A stretch of 64,000 bases of DNA. It comes from Malacoraja senta. Its lineage: Eukaryota. Both the position numbers and the translations under genes were made by a program. Of the stretch, positions 38,141 through 50,576 are shown one piece after another (positions within the stretch are counted from its first letter, which is position 1; each line of letters begins with the position of its first letter). Under the pieces are notes generated by a model. It ran no database searches and was not told where the DNA came from. It saw only the letters and a list, made by a program, of their open reading frames with translations. The stretch covers positions 4,714,001 through 4,778,000 of the forward strand of contig CM075995.1 in NCBI GenBank assembly GCA_038087875.1, written 5' to 3'.

Positions 38141-39629
38141 CGAGAAAACACAAGTGGCTGTGGTAGCGAGTCTGGGGTAAAACCTGATCGGAGAGTCGGA
38201 GAGCAGGAGGAATCTCCCATCGGAAAATGCTGCTTGACCCACTGACTTCCTCCAGCATTTCATTGATTGACCCCGATATATGCAATCACGCAGGCATATT
38301 CAAATTCTTCCACACATCATAGCATGCATTTACAAAGTATGCTTAATAAGCAAGCAATAGAAGCAGAGATGAGAGGGCAGTGAATGACAATTGTAATCAT
38401 GTATTGTCTTTCCCCTGGCTGGTTAGGAGGCAACAAAACTTTTCACTGTACCTCCGTACACGTGACAATAAACTAAACTGAACCAAACTCCACAGTGATT
38501 ACTAGTTTATTGAAATTTTATTTATTATATCTGTTTGTATTTGGCTTGCAAATCTGTTATTTTGCTGTAAGTAACAATTTCAAATCATTATAATCATAAT
38601 CATACTTTATTAGCCAAGTATGTTTTGCAACATACGAGGAATTTGATTTGCCATAGTAGTCATACCAGTAAAGAACAAGACACCCAAAATACATTTTAAC
38701 ATAAACATCCAACCCAGTGACTCCTCCACTGTGATGGAAGGCGAAAAAAAGTTCAATCTCTTCCCTTCTTTGTCGGGGTCCTCGAGCCTTCCGTTGACGG
38801 GAAGATCTTGGCTCCTATAGCTGGCGGGAGCCAAGATCAAACAAACAATTTGATCGTGTAAGAAAGAACTGCAGATGCTGGTGAAAATCAAAGGTAGACA
38901 CAAAATGCTGGAGTAACTCAGCGGGTGAGACAGCATCTCTGGAGAGAAGGAATGGGCGACGTCTGAAGAAGGGTCTCGACCCAATATGTCGCCCATTCCT
39001 TCTCTCCAGAGATGCTACCTCACCCGCTGAGTTACTCCAGCATTTTATGTCTACAAACAATTTGATTGTTCCATTGTCAGCACATCTGACATTTGAGCAC
39101 TATTGATCTTGAAATGCTGGAGAGATCCTTGTATCCAACAGTAAACTCTAATGTTGACACTGACCAATGTCAATTATGTGACCTTGCTTCAACAAGCTTC
39201 TTTATCCCATGGTTTCCACCATATATCTGTAATTTCCTCAAACGAGCGGCAAGGGTGTTTTGTTTAAAGATAGGTGTAAACACTACTGAGTATGACACTA
39301 TTGAATGAAATACTGAGAATGATTGGAGAGTTTTTTTACATGGTGTTTATTTTGTGTATTTTTTATACTGAGGATAGTTTATTTTTGAAATAAAAAATAA
39401 AATGTGCATTGAAGTGTTTTGCATAATTAATTGCAACTTTTGCTAGATTCACCACTTTTACTTATTTCTGCACAGAATTTATCATAATTCTGACTTTTTG
39501 CCATGGGGAAGAGGGGAGGGGGTGAAATCAATAATAGTTTAATTTCTCTTTAGCCTTATTAAACAATGTGGACGTACTAATCAAAATGTACAAAAATAAC
39601 TGGTACTAGTTTAGTTTAGTTGGAGAGAG

Positions 39630-39826
39630 CGACCAATGCCCACCCTTTCCATTGGCCGCTCTCTCCATTGGCCCATCACTCCATTGACCACAGTCTTCAA
39701 TGGCCTCTCATGCTATTGACCGCTCTCTCTCTCTCTCTCCCCATTGCTCTCTCTCTCTCTCTCTCTCTCCCATTTCTCTCTCTCTCTCTCTCCCCATTTC
39801 TCTCTCTCTCTCTCTCTCTCTCCCCA

Positions 39827-39857
<31 letters not shown>

Positions 39858-39880
39858 CCCATTTCTCTCTCTCCCCATTT

Positions 39881-39913
<33 letters not shown>

Positions 39914-40120
39914 GTCTCTCTGTCTCTCTGTCTCTCTGTCTCTCTGTCTCTCTGTCTCTCTGTCTCTCTGTCTCTCTGTCTCTCTGTCTCTCTGTCTCTC
40001 TGTCTCTCTGTCTCTCTGTCTCTCTGTCTCTCTCTCTCTCCCCATCAGCCCCTTTCTCTCCCCATTGGTCTCTCTCCCTCTCCATTGGCCACTCTCTCCA
40101 TTGGCCTCGCTCTCTCCCCA
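39630..40120. repeat. (CT)n/(CTCTCTGT)n simple repeat interspersed with CCATTGG-like units
   Basis: Seen directly. Confidence 0.95.
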
Positions 40121-43100
40121 TGCAGCTAATGGGAAAGATAGTGCAGGAAAGGTCACGTTTAAACTAACAGGCAGAGGGATGGGAACCAATGCAAGGAGAC
40201 AGAGGGCCATAAAATGACAGAAGCAAAAGACAGAAGGGAGATAAGAAAAATAAACCTGAAAGCTTTGTGCCTTAATGCGAGGGGCATTCGAAATAAGGTG
40301 GATCAATTGAATGCGCAGTTAGTGGGATATGATATAGTTGGAATTACGGAGACATGGCTCCAGGGTGACCAAGGCTGGGAGCTAAACATGCAGAGGTATT
40401 TGATATTATAGACAATAGAGAATAGGTGCAGGAGTAGGCCATTCGGCCCTTCGAGCCAGCACCGCCATTCAATGTGATCATGGCTGATCATCCCCAATCA
40501 GTACCCCGTTCCTGCCTTTTCCCCATATCCCCTGACTCCGCTATTTTTAAGAGCCCTATCAAGCTCTCTCTTGAAAGCATCCAGAGAACTGGCCTCCACC
40601 GCCCTCTGAGGCAGAGAATTCCACAGACTCACCACTCTCTGTGAGTATTCAGAAAGGATTGACAGAAAGGAAGAGGAGGTGGGGTGGCATTGCTGGTTAA
40701 AGAGGAGATTAATGCAATAGCAAGGAGAGACATTAGCTTGGATGCTGTAGAATCGGTATGGGTAGAACTGCAAAATACCCAAGGGCAGAAAACGCTTGTT
40801 GGAGTGGTATACAGACCACCAAACAGCAGTAGGGAGGTTGGGGATGGCATCAAGCAGGAAATTAGGGATGCGTGTAGCAGAGGTACAGCAGTTATCATGG
40901 ATGATTTTAATCTACTTATAGATTGGGCCAACCAAATTTGTAACAGTGTTGAGGAGGAGGATTTCCTGGAATGTATAAAGGATGGGTGTGCAAACCAATA
41001 TGTACAGAGGAACCGACTAAAGAACAGGCCATTCTAGACTGGGTATTGTGTAATGAAGAAGGATTAGTTAGCGATCTTGTTGTGCAAGGCCCCTTGGGCA
41101 ACAGCGATCATAATATGGTGGAATTCTGCATTAGGATGGAGAGTGACACGGTTAATTCAGAGACTAGGGTCCTGAACTTGAATAAAGGAGACTTTGAAGG
41201 TATGAGATGGTAATTGGCTTGGGTAGACTGGCAAATTATACTTAAAGGGTTGACAGTGGAGATGCAATGGCAAAGATTTAAAGATTTGGATGAACTCCAG
41301 AAATTGTTCATCCCTGTCTGGCAAAAAAATAAAACTGGGAAGGCGGTTCAACCGTGGCTGACGAGGGAAGTCAAGGATAGTGTTAAAGCCAAGGAAGAGG
41401 CATATAAATTGGCTAGAAGAAGCGGCAAACCAGAGGACTGGGAGAAATTTAGAATTCAACAGAGGACAAAGGGGTTAATTAAGATGGGGGAAAAAGAGCA
41501 TGAAAGAAAGCTTGTGGGGAATATAAAAACTGACTGTAAAAGTTTCCATAGGTATGGAAAATGGAAAAGGTTAGTGAAGACGAATGTGGGTCCCGTACAG
41601 TCAGGGACAGGTGAATTTATAATGGTAAAACAAGGAAATGGCAGAACAGTTAAATGAGTACTTTGGTTCTGTCTTCACAAAGGAAGACACAATCTCCCAG
41701 AAATAATAAGGGACCGAGGTTCTAGTGGGAGGGAGGAACTGAAGGGAATCCACATTAGTCAGAAAATGGTGTTAGGTAAACTGTTGGGACTGAAGGCAGA
41801 TAAATCCCCAGGGCCCGATGGTCTGCATCCCCGAGTACTCAAGGAGGTGGCCCTAGAAATCGTGGATGCATTGGTGATCATTTTCCAATGTTCTCTCAAC
41901 TCTGGATAGGTTCCTGTCGACTGGAGGGCAGCCAATGTAACTCCACTTTTTAAGAAAGGAGAGAGAAAATGGGGAATTATAGACCAGTTAGCCTTACATC
42001 GGTAGTGGGAAAGATGCTGGAGTTATTATTAAAGATGTTATAGCAGCGCATTTGGAAATCAGTGACAAGATCGGTCAAAGTCAGCATGGATTTATGAAGG
42101 GGAAATCATGCTTGACTAATCTTTTGGAATTTTTTCGAGGATGTAACAAGTAGAATGGATAAGGGAGAGCCAGTGGATGTGGTGTATCTGCACTTTCAAA
42201 AAGCCTTTGACAAGGTCCCACACAAGAGGTTAGTGTGCAAAATTAGAGCACATGGTATTGGGGGTAGGGTATTGTCATCGATAGAGAACTGGTTGGCAGA
42301 CAGGAAGCAAAGAGTAGGAATTAATGGGTCCTTTTCAGAATGTCAGACAGTGACTAGTGGGATGCTGCAAGACTTGATGCTCTGACCCCAGTTATTTACA
42401 ATATATATTAACGATTTAGACGAAGGAATTAAATGTAACATCTCTAGGTTTGCAGATGGTACAAAGCTGTGTAGCATTGTGAGCTGCGAGGAGCATGCTA
42501 CGAGGCTGCAGGGTGACTTGGGTAGGGTGGATGAGTGGGCAGAAGCATGGCAGATGCAGTATAATGTGGATAAATGTGAGGATATCTATTTTTGTGGCAA
42601 GAACAGGGATGGCAGATTATTATCTGAATGGTGTCAGATTAGGAGAAGGGGAGGTGCAATAAGACCTGGGTGTGCTTGTACACCAGTCACTGAAAGTAAG
42701 CATGCAAGTACAGCAGGCAGTGAAGAAAGCCAATGGCCTTCATTGCGAGAGGATTTGAGATTCGGAGCAAGGAGGTCCTACTGCAGTTGCACAGGGTCCT
42801 GGTGAGACCGCACTTGAAGTATTGTGTGCAATTTTGGTCTCCTAACTTGAGGAAGGACTTGACTTGACTTGATTACTCTTGAGGGAGTGCAGCGCAGGTT
42901 CACCAGGTTAATCCCGGGGATGGTGGGACTGGTGTATGATGAAAGAATGGGTCGACTGGGCTTGTAATCGCTGGAATTTAGAAGGATGAGAGGGTATCTT
43001 TTAGAAACATGTAAAATTCATTGGACTGGGTAGACGCAGGAAAAATGTTCCCGATGTTGTGGGAGTCCAGAACCAGGGTTCACAGTTTAAGAATAAGGGG

Positions 43101-43368
43101 TAGGCCATTTAGGACTGAGATGAGGAAAAACGTTTTCATGCAGAGAGTTGTGAATCTGTGGAATTCTCTGCCACAGAAGGCAGTGGAGGCCGATTCACTG
43201 GATGTGTTCTAGAGAGAGATTTAGCTCTTCGGGCTAACGGAATCAAGGGATATGGGGAAAAAGCTGGAACGGGGTACTGATTTTGGATGATCAGCCATGA
43301 TCATATTGAATGGCGGTGCTGGCTCGAAGGACCGAATGGCCTACACAGGCACCTATTTTCTATGTTTC
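40120..43368 (+). mobile_element. CR1-type LINE covering endonuclease through RT and 3' tail, degenerate
   Basis: APE endonuclease motifs (CLNARGIRNK, VGITETW, VVYRPP, SDHN), RT motifs and a TTCTATGTTTC tail. An antisense CR1 3' fragment is nested at about 40408-40645. Confidence 0.93.
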
Positions 43369-43529
43369 TCTCCATTGGCCTCTCTCTCTCTCTCGCCACT
43401 GGCCGCTGACGTCATTGGCCGCTGACGTCATTGGTCGATGACGTCATGGGCCTCACTCCCCCCCCCCCCCCCCCGGGCCATTGGCCGCTCGTGCCGCGCA
43501 TGCTCCACGAGCCGCAGCGATCCGCTCGG

Positions 43530-43580
43530 TTTAAATTGTCCGCGCGAGCGTCTCCCTCCTGCGGTCTAAAGATTTTACAG
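43530..43580 (+). other. GMNN: Probable non-coding exon 1 of GMNN
   Basis: Lies just downstream of the promoter motifs and ends at donor ACAG|GTAAAA (GT at 43581). The start is approximate. Confidence 0.6.
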
Positions 43581-43776
43581 GTAAAAAAAACACAGTCGCC
43601 TCACCCTCACATTGCGCCGCGTTCTTATGTGTGTTTTGTAGAGTCGGGTGTAGGGAGCGTTTTTATTTTTAAAAGCGAGGACGTATTTGGTGGGGAAGAG
43701 GAATGGGGGGGAGAGAGGGAGGGAGAAGGGTTGACTTCCCGCCAACCTGTGCCGCCCCACAATACCGTTCGCTCTC

Positions 43777-43960
43777 CCCCGGCACGTGACAGGGGATACA
43801 TCTCCGCCCACCCCCCGGCACGTGACAGGGGATACATCTCCGCCCACCCCCCGGCATGTGACAGGGATACATCTCCGCCCATCCGGCACGTGACATGGCT
43901 ACATCTCCGCCCCCGGCACGTGACAGGGATACATCTCCGCCCACCCCCGGCACGTGACAC
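43777..43960. repeat. About 33-bp minisatellite CCCCGGCACGTGACAGGGATACATCTCCGCCCA
   Basis: Five full units and one partial unit, seen directly. Confidence 0.9.
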
Positions 43961-45529
43961 GGAGATATTTTAACCTCCAGCCGAAGGCGCCAAGAGGAAA
44001 CTTTCGGGAGAAGCGCGCGGCTCCGGGTCTAAACGCGGCGCCAGACTCCCGGCTGAGACAGAGAGGGAGACAGCGACAACGCGGAGACGGTGAGGCGCCA
44101 GACGTCCCGGCGTTTGACCTGGAGGGTGGCGGCGGTGGTGAGGAGCCAGACTCCGGGTCTGACTGACCCACGGCTGCGACCTAACCTGTTGGTGGCGGCG
44201 AGGTCTGGCTGCGGGGAGCGGGCGGCGAAGCTGCCCTGCGTCGTCACGACGGAGCGGGGGGGAGATCTCCCGGGGTTAAAAGGGGGGGAAGATTCCCTGG
44301 GTTCATTAGGGGAGGATGATAATTCCCCGCCGGTAACGGGGGGATTCCCCGGGGATAAAAGGGGGGGGAGGAAGGAGGAGGATTCCCCTCGGTTAAAGAA
44401 GGGGGGGGAGAAGGTGAGGGTTATGTGAGAATTTGATTATACTTCATTTTGACTTTCTCTTAAATTGTTACTTGTAAACAATTAGAGTTACATCGAACCA
44501 TTAATAATGAACCATTGAACATTATCGCAGTCCACCCCATCCAACATCGATACGTTAAAATTACTTCTCTGAACCCTTCTCCTGATGTGTTTAAATTGGG
44601 TCGACTGGGTACATATTTTAAAATTTGAATAATATTTTGACCATTATGGGATGTTCAGACCTTGCTTGCTTCCTTTCGTCTTTGTTTATGAAATGCTAAA
44701 TTGAATTTCCATTCGAGTGCATATTGTGTCTGGCATATCAGTGCATCAGATGCTTTGGCATCGTGCTGGGGTACAAAGCTGCTATTCAATCCAAACAATA
44801 TGCTTTTGAGTTCTAGTTCCCTGCAAAGCTAAGTAAATAGTATCAGATTTGCTCTGTCTGAAATTTCAATCGGGGGTGGATGGTTTGTGATTATCCAAGG
44901 CATTTTTGACCACTGCATAAGACCAATTTTAGTGCTGATCTGAGCATTGACAGGATGGTGTTGCAAACCATGACCTACCTCTCTGGGGACTTGAAGGTGT
45001 AAAACTGATGAATGATTACAAAGAGCAGGCTTGCCTTTGTTTTGGGGAAATTAGTTTTTCCAGAAAGAGAAGCATGCAGTGACGAGTCATTGCGGTACAG
45101 TGAATACATCTTTTTTAGAATATTGGACTTGGGAGACCAAATTACGTCTCTGAACCCTTCTCCTGACACAAGCCTGCTCTTTGTTTAATGGGATGTATGA
45201 TTTTGTAAGCATCAAGGTTGAGTGGAGTCAGTTTATCATAACCGGTAGCTATGGCTATTTATGGCTGCAGTTCACAGCTATCATAACATCATTAAGCTTA
45301 GTATACCTCCAGGTGAGAATATAAGATAAAGTAATCGATGGAGGAAAGAGAAAGGGTTGGTTATGGGAGCTGAAAGTCAGATACATTGCCTTGAGTTTGA
45401 GGGAATAACATTTAAAATGTATGTATGGATATGAAGGTTGAATGGGAAGTTTTATTTATACTGTTTAAATTGATTATTCGATTTTTTTTTTCATTTGTGA
45501 TTTCTATTTTGTCCTTCCTAGGTCTAACA

Positions 45530-45586
45530 ATGACTACGAATATAAAACACAGATTTGAGGCTGATAACCCCACACCAACAGTAAAG
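45530..45586 (+). CDS. GMNN: Geminin coding exon 1
   Basis: Acceptor CCTTCCTAG ending at 45521 and ATG at 45530. Encodes MTTNIKHRFEADNPTPTVK. Donor AAG|GTAACT. Confidence 0.8.
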
Positions 45587-48500
45587 GTAACTATTGGGCT
45601 TAATTATGCTATCATACAGTGGTTCTGATAGATTTTTTGCAATATGGGATGGCCTTTAACGGATAAATGAAAATATTCTTATTGGTAAACTTTAGGGTCC
45701 TGTGAATTTCTGTTAGCATGTTTTACTTTAAAATGTTGCTACATTAGTTCAGATTCTATAGTAAATGGCTGACTTTAAGCGGCTTTAAAAGTCAATCTGG
45801 CACAACGTGTACATAAAGTTGAAAACATGGCCTGCTGTTCACTTATTGTACTTCAGGTGCTGCTCTATAAGTGATGGGTTAACTGCTGAAACACCATTTG
45901 GCATCTGTTCACTTTAGGAAAAATAGCTAATCTGTATGGTTTAATCTTTAATGATGTCTACAACCTATTGTGCAGCACTTTCCCACGCTTGGTAAGGTGT
46001 GTCCTACACCACTGGAGTCATAATCTGTAGTGAAATAACTTTACCGTGGGAATTCTATTACAACACGTTACACAGTACAATATAAATTATTTTCCCACGC
46101 TTGTAGTGTAATGCTTGAATGCACCTAACATCAATACTAATCATGCCTTTAATCTACCTTTGTTTTCTATTTTATGGTGGAAGTTTAATCAATCATTAAA
46201 CAAGATGAATAGATTCCAACTTTGGTAAATAAAAGCTTTGTACTAGGTCAGGTACACTGATAGTGCTCCTGGATGGGACACTGGCTTGGTACCCTCCCCA
46301 ACCTTTGGGGCTATTGTCTTCTGAAGTATGCAACCTAGTTTAGGCTAGACAATTAAAATCAAGGTTGTATTTGGCTGATTAGTCGCATTAAAACAAAAGC
46401 AGCATATGCATGGTAAATGGTGGATTCTTATTTCTTATATTTAGTACTTAGGAACTTTGAAAGATTTGAATTGTTATTGCTGCCAATGATCTTTTATTTG
46501 GATCAAAGTTTATAATCATTCATTGGCTGCTTTCGTGCTGGTCAGTCAAATATTCACATCCATAAACGACTGGTAAAAGCAGAAATGAGCATCTTAATGT
46601 GTAGGAAGGAAATGCAGATGCTGGTTTAAACTGAAGATGTCAGAGGTAATGTGGGGAAAGGCAGGAGAATGGGGTTAGGAGGGAGACAGATCAGCCATGA
46701 TTGAATGGCGATGTGGACTTGATGGGCTAAATGGCCTAATTCTGGTCCTATTTTATGAAGATCGACACAAAGAGCTGGAGGAACTCAGCCGGTCAGACAG
46801 CATTTCCGGAGAAAAGGAACAGGTGATGTTTCAGGTCGAGACCCTTCTATAGTCTGAAGAAGGGTCGAGACCTGAAACGTCACCTATTCCTTTTCTTTTG
46901 GGATGTTGTCTGACCTGCTGAGTTACTCCAGTTTTTTGGTCTCCCAAGTCTAATATCTTAAACTGAGTTGATGAGGGCAAAGGCATAGACATTGTTTATG
47001 GACTTTAGCAATGCATTTAAGGCTCCACTTGGTAGGCTGCTCTGGAAGATTGTCACAAGAGATCCAGGGAGAGTTAGCAAACTGGTTACAGAATTGGCAT
47101 CGTGAAAGAAAGCCATGATTTGTGGTGGAAGGGTGTTTTTTGGATCAGGAGCCTGAGACTAGTGGGGAGCTTCACATTGATCAGTTTTAGGCACCCTCCT
47201 ACAGAGAGGATTTTGTTAAACTAGAAAGATTGCAGAGAAGATTTTGAAAATGGTGCCAGGACTATAAGGAGAGGTTTGGGGGTGGGCTTGCACGTGTATG
47301 AGGGGTTGAGAGGTAAAGATAGATCAGCCATGATTGAATGGTGGAGTAGACTTGATGGGTGGAATGGCCTAATTCTGCACCAATCACTTATGAACATGAA
47401 AATTGAGGGGAATAAACATGGTGAATGCAATGTCTTTTACCCAGAGTGGGGAACCAGGAACCATGGGTAATAGGTTTACGGTAAGAGAAAGGTTTGAGGT
47501 GAGAGATTTAATATGGACCTGGGCTGCAACGTTTTCACTTGGGATAAGGATGAAATGGAGCAAAAATTAGAATGATCTACCTTCAATGCAGCCTTTGATC
47601 TTGTGGGATTTGGAGGATATAGAGACCAGAAGGAGATGTCTTGGTGTACACAATTAGTCACGATCTGATTGAATAGCTGAGACTGTACGGTCCTCTATTC
47701 TGATTTTCATTATTGTATGGTATTTGAGTCTTGCTGTGTGCAAATTGGTTGCTAAAACTCCATGATGTGACCAAGTGGATGTGAAGATTGTCCTTGTGGG
47801 AGAATCTAAAACTAGGATGACAGTCAGAACACAAAGGGTGCAGCTTTTCATGGAGTCGGGAGTCTCTTTGGAGAAGTTCAAAGGGCTATCTAAGCGAACT
47901 GTGATTTTAAGATGGTCCTAGAATAATATCTGGTACAAAAGGAAGTAAAAGTTTACCATGGGTTGATAGGAAAGTTGGGTTCACATTGGCCAAATGGCTA
48001 TGATCTAAATGATGGAGTGGGCTTGCAGTACAGTTTGTATGTAAATCACCTGAATTCATGTTCGTATGTGGAATGATTCAACCCCTTTTTTGGTTTTTAA
48101 CTTGAATAGTGTAATTTTTTCTTAATAAAACAATCAAGCTACCTATGGTAAGCATTGTATTAGAATTGTGCAGCAATGACTGCTAAAAGCGGATTTGAAA
48201 TCTAAGCTTTATATAATTGCTTTGGTGTCGACATTGAAGTTTACCATCGTAATAATTGATTGGAACTGGAAAGGAATTGGTAGGCATTGTTCATGTGGGA
48301 ATTTTTTTTTGGTGATCTTTATAGCAGAGCACATGTTGTTAGTGTTGATATTTCATATTTGTGGGGAAAAGGTCCCACTTCCCTTTTTCTACCCATTTGC
48401 CATTTTGTCCTGATCTGCCCTGTTCCGTAGTACTCGTTGCTTATTTCAATTAAAATTTGTCTTGGATAGCTTGATGACATCCTTCAGCCAATTGAGATTT

Positions 48501-49193
48501 TTCTGGTTCTTGCAGCTTTCCAACCAGTTACCCCCACCCCCAACTACTTAATATGAAACTCAAATGCTGGAAGCACTCAGTAGTTCAAGCAGGCATGCCA
48601 ACTAGTTCGCACTGCTTGACCTACTGAGCACTTCCAGCATTTTCTGTTGTATCCAGTGTCTTTGTTACATGGACAAATGCTACATTTAAAAATGCTGCAT
48701 TCAGTCAGTTCCTACTCGAGTCTTTCGTAACAAAGTTGAATCTTAGTAAACAAGATGACTGAATGCCCAGCTCTTTCTTTGCTTTTCCTTTCCCATAAAC
48801 TGCCATTCATATAGGGTCTTATTTGAGGGTCCCTGAAAAGAGCACGACTGTCATTGCTGATTTTGGAGCCTTCTTTGCGTATTTGCTGCCTTGTTAAATA
48901 CAAATGATTCATGCAATTTATTAAATGTTGAGCAATTTTAGACAATTTGTCTTTGGGTCTAGAAGTAGACTTTGATGGAAATCGATATCTGCTCAATCTG
49001 TAATGTTGGTAAGATGAGGAAAGTTTAAATGGGATATATGTTCAGCACGGACTAGAAGGGTCGAGATGGCCTGTTTCCGTGCTGTAATTGTTATATGGTT
49101 ATATATTCCAAAATATCATTACCGTGATCCAGTTTTGCTCAAGTCCTGTAAAATTGTCTGATGGATAGATTATTGTTTTCCTGTTTCTACTAG

Positions 49194-49295
49194 AGCTTCG
49201 CCAGTGGAGTTGCCGGTAACGTGTCACTGAGACGAACATTACAAGTAATTCAACCTGTTGCTACTTCAAATCAACTTGTTGGCAGGATAAATGAG
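49194..49295 (+). CDS. GMNN: Geminin coding exon 2 (destruction box)
   Basis: Acceptor TACTAG. Encodes SFASGVAGNVSLRRTLQVIQPVATSNQLVGRINE, containing the RRTLxxIQP D-box. Donor GTGAGC. Confidence 0.92.
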
Positions 49296-49529
49296 GTGAG
49301 CAATGTGCAATTTCTCCCAAACCTGAATTATCAATGGTAATTGGGTTTGGTAGTTTAACTTTCATTAAAACAGTTTGAAACAATGAACTCTATTTTGATG
49401 CATACCTATTTTCCAGTCAGAAGTGCCAAATTGTCAATTACTGCAATTTCAAGATAGTGAATGGGAGTGATTTTTTAAAATTTAAAAGAAATAAAAGCAT
49501 GGGATAAAGGTGATCATTTGTACTTGCAG

Positions 49530-49689
49530 TCCCACAAGCAGTCTCCTAAACGAAAGCACAGGAATGACGATCAACCAAAGAGCTGCAAAAAATCACGCAC
49601 ACAGATTCCTCAAGGCAACACAGAGTGCAATAACGAGAACTTGGGAATTGATAGTATGACAAAAGAAGCTTACCAACTACTTGTTAAAT
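49530..49689 (+). CDS. GMNN: Geminin coding exon 3
   Basis: Acceptor TTGCAG. Encodes SHKQSPKRKHRNDDQPKSCKKSR...MTKEAYQLLVK, with basic NLS-like clusters. Phase-1 donor GTAAGT. Confidence 0.9.
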
Positions 49690-49786
49690 GTAAGTGTTCT
49701 GGTTTTGTTACAGCATTTGACTGCCAAAGCATCTTTGCTTTTTACATTGTGCAATGAATCTTGTTCATTTCAATTTTCATTTACAG

Positions 49787-49869
49787 CAAAACCTAGTTCT
49801 CAGTACTGGAAGGAGCTGGCAGAAGAGCGGAGAAAAGCCCTTTTCCAGATTTTGCAAGAAAATGAGAGG
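49787..49869 (+). CDS. GMNN: Geminin coding exon 4 (start of coiled coil)
   Basis: Acceptor TTTACAG. Encodes (S)KPSSQYWKELAEERRKALFQILQENER. Donor GTATGT. The preceding intron is 97 nt. Confidence 0.97.
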
Positions 49870-49929
49870 GTATGTACGATTGAGATTCATCTGATCAGTC
49901 ATTTCAAAGTACAAACATTTGGATACAAA

Positions 49930-50435
49930 CGTAGAAAATACGTACTGGAGTAGACCATTCGGCCCTTGCGGCCAGCACCGCCATTCAATATCACGGCTGA
50001 TAATCCAAAATCAGTACCTTGTTCCTGCTATCTCCCCATTTCCCTTGATTCCGTTAGCCCTAAGAGCTATATCTAACTTGAATACATCCAGTGAATTGGC
50101 CTCCACTGCCGTGGTGGAGAATTCCACTGATTCACAACTCTCTGGGTGAAAAGGTTTTTCCTTATCTCGGTCCTAAACTGTGGCCCCTGGTTCTGGACTC
50201 CCCTTACATCGGGAACATTTTTCCTGCATCTAGCCTGTCCAATCCCTTAAGAATGTTATGTTTCTATAAGATCCCCTCTCATCCTAAATTTCAGTGAATA
50301 TAAGCCCAGTCGATCCATTCTTTCATTACATGTCAGTCCTGCCATCCTGCGAATTAACCTGGTGAACCTACGCTGCACTCCCTCAATAGCAAGAATGTCC
50401 TTCCTCAAATTAGGAGACGAAAACGGCACACAATA
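49930..50435 (-). mobile_element. CR1-type LINE 3' fragment filling most of the intron before GMNN coding exon 5
   Basis: Homologous to CR1 3' ends. Ends about 30 nt before the acceptor. Confidence 0.85.
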
Positions 50436-50465
50436 TGATTGAAAAGGGGTGTTTTGAACTTGCAG

Positions 50466-50576
50466 CTACACAAAGAAATAGAACTTAAAGATGAAGACAT
50501 TTTGAAGTTGCAGAAAGAGAACCAAGATTTAATGGAGTTAGCAGAACATGTGCAGTACATGGCTGATATGATTGAG
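50466..50576 (+). CDS. GMNN: Geminin coding exon 5 (coiled coil)
   Basis: Encodes [37 protein letters not shown]. Donor GTAAGT; 111 nt. Confidence 0.97.

Larger units (their letters stand above)
43370..44420 (+). promoter_or_regulatory. GMNN: GMNN CpG island promoter and intron-1 regulatory region
   Basis: CpG-dense. Three TGACGTCA palindromes at 43407, 43423 and 43439, several ATTGG boxes, CHR-like TTTAAA at 43530, and E2F site TTCCCGCCAA at 43736. Confidence 0.8.

Noticed and set aside
39620..40306. Several 137-197 aa ORFs rich in SL or ER
   Set aside because: These are translations of (CT)n/(CTCTCTGT)n simple repeats.
43777..43960. CRISPR-like regular repeats here and at 21175-21470
   Set aside because: The units are head-to-tail with no unique spacers, the DNA is eukaryotic and there are no cas genes.
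43431..43973. 180-aa ORF over the GMNN promoter
   Set aside because: It is GC-rich sequence plus a VNTR whose unit length is near a multiple of three, and it crosses the probable exon 1 donor.
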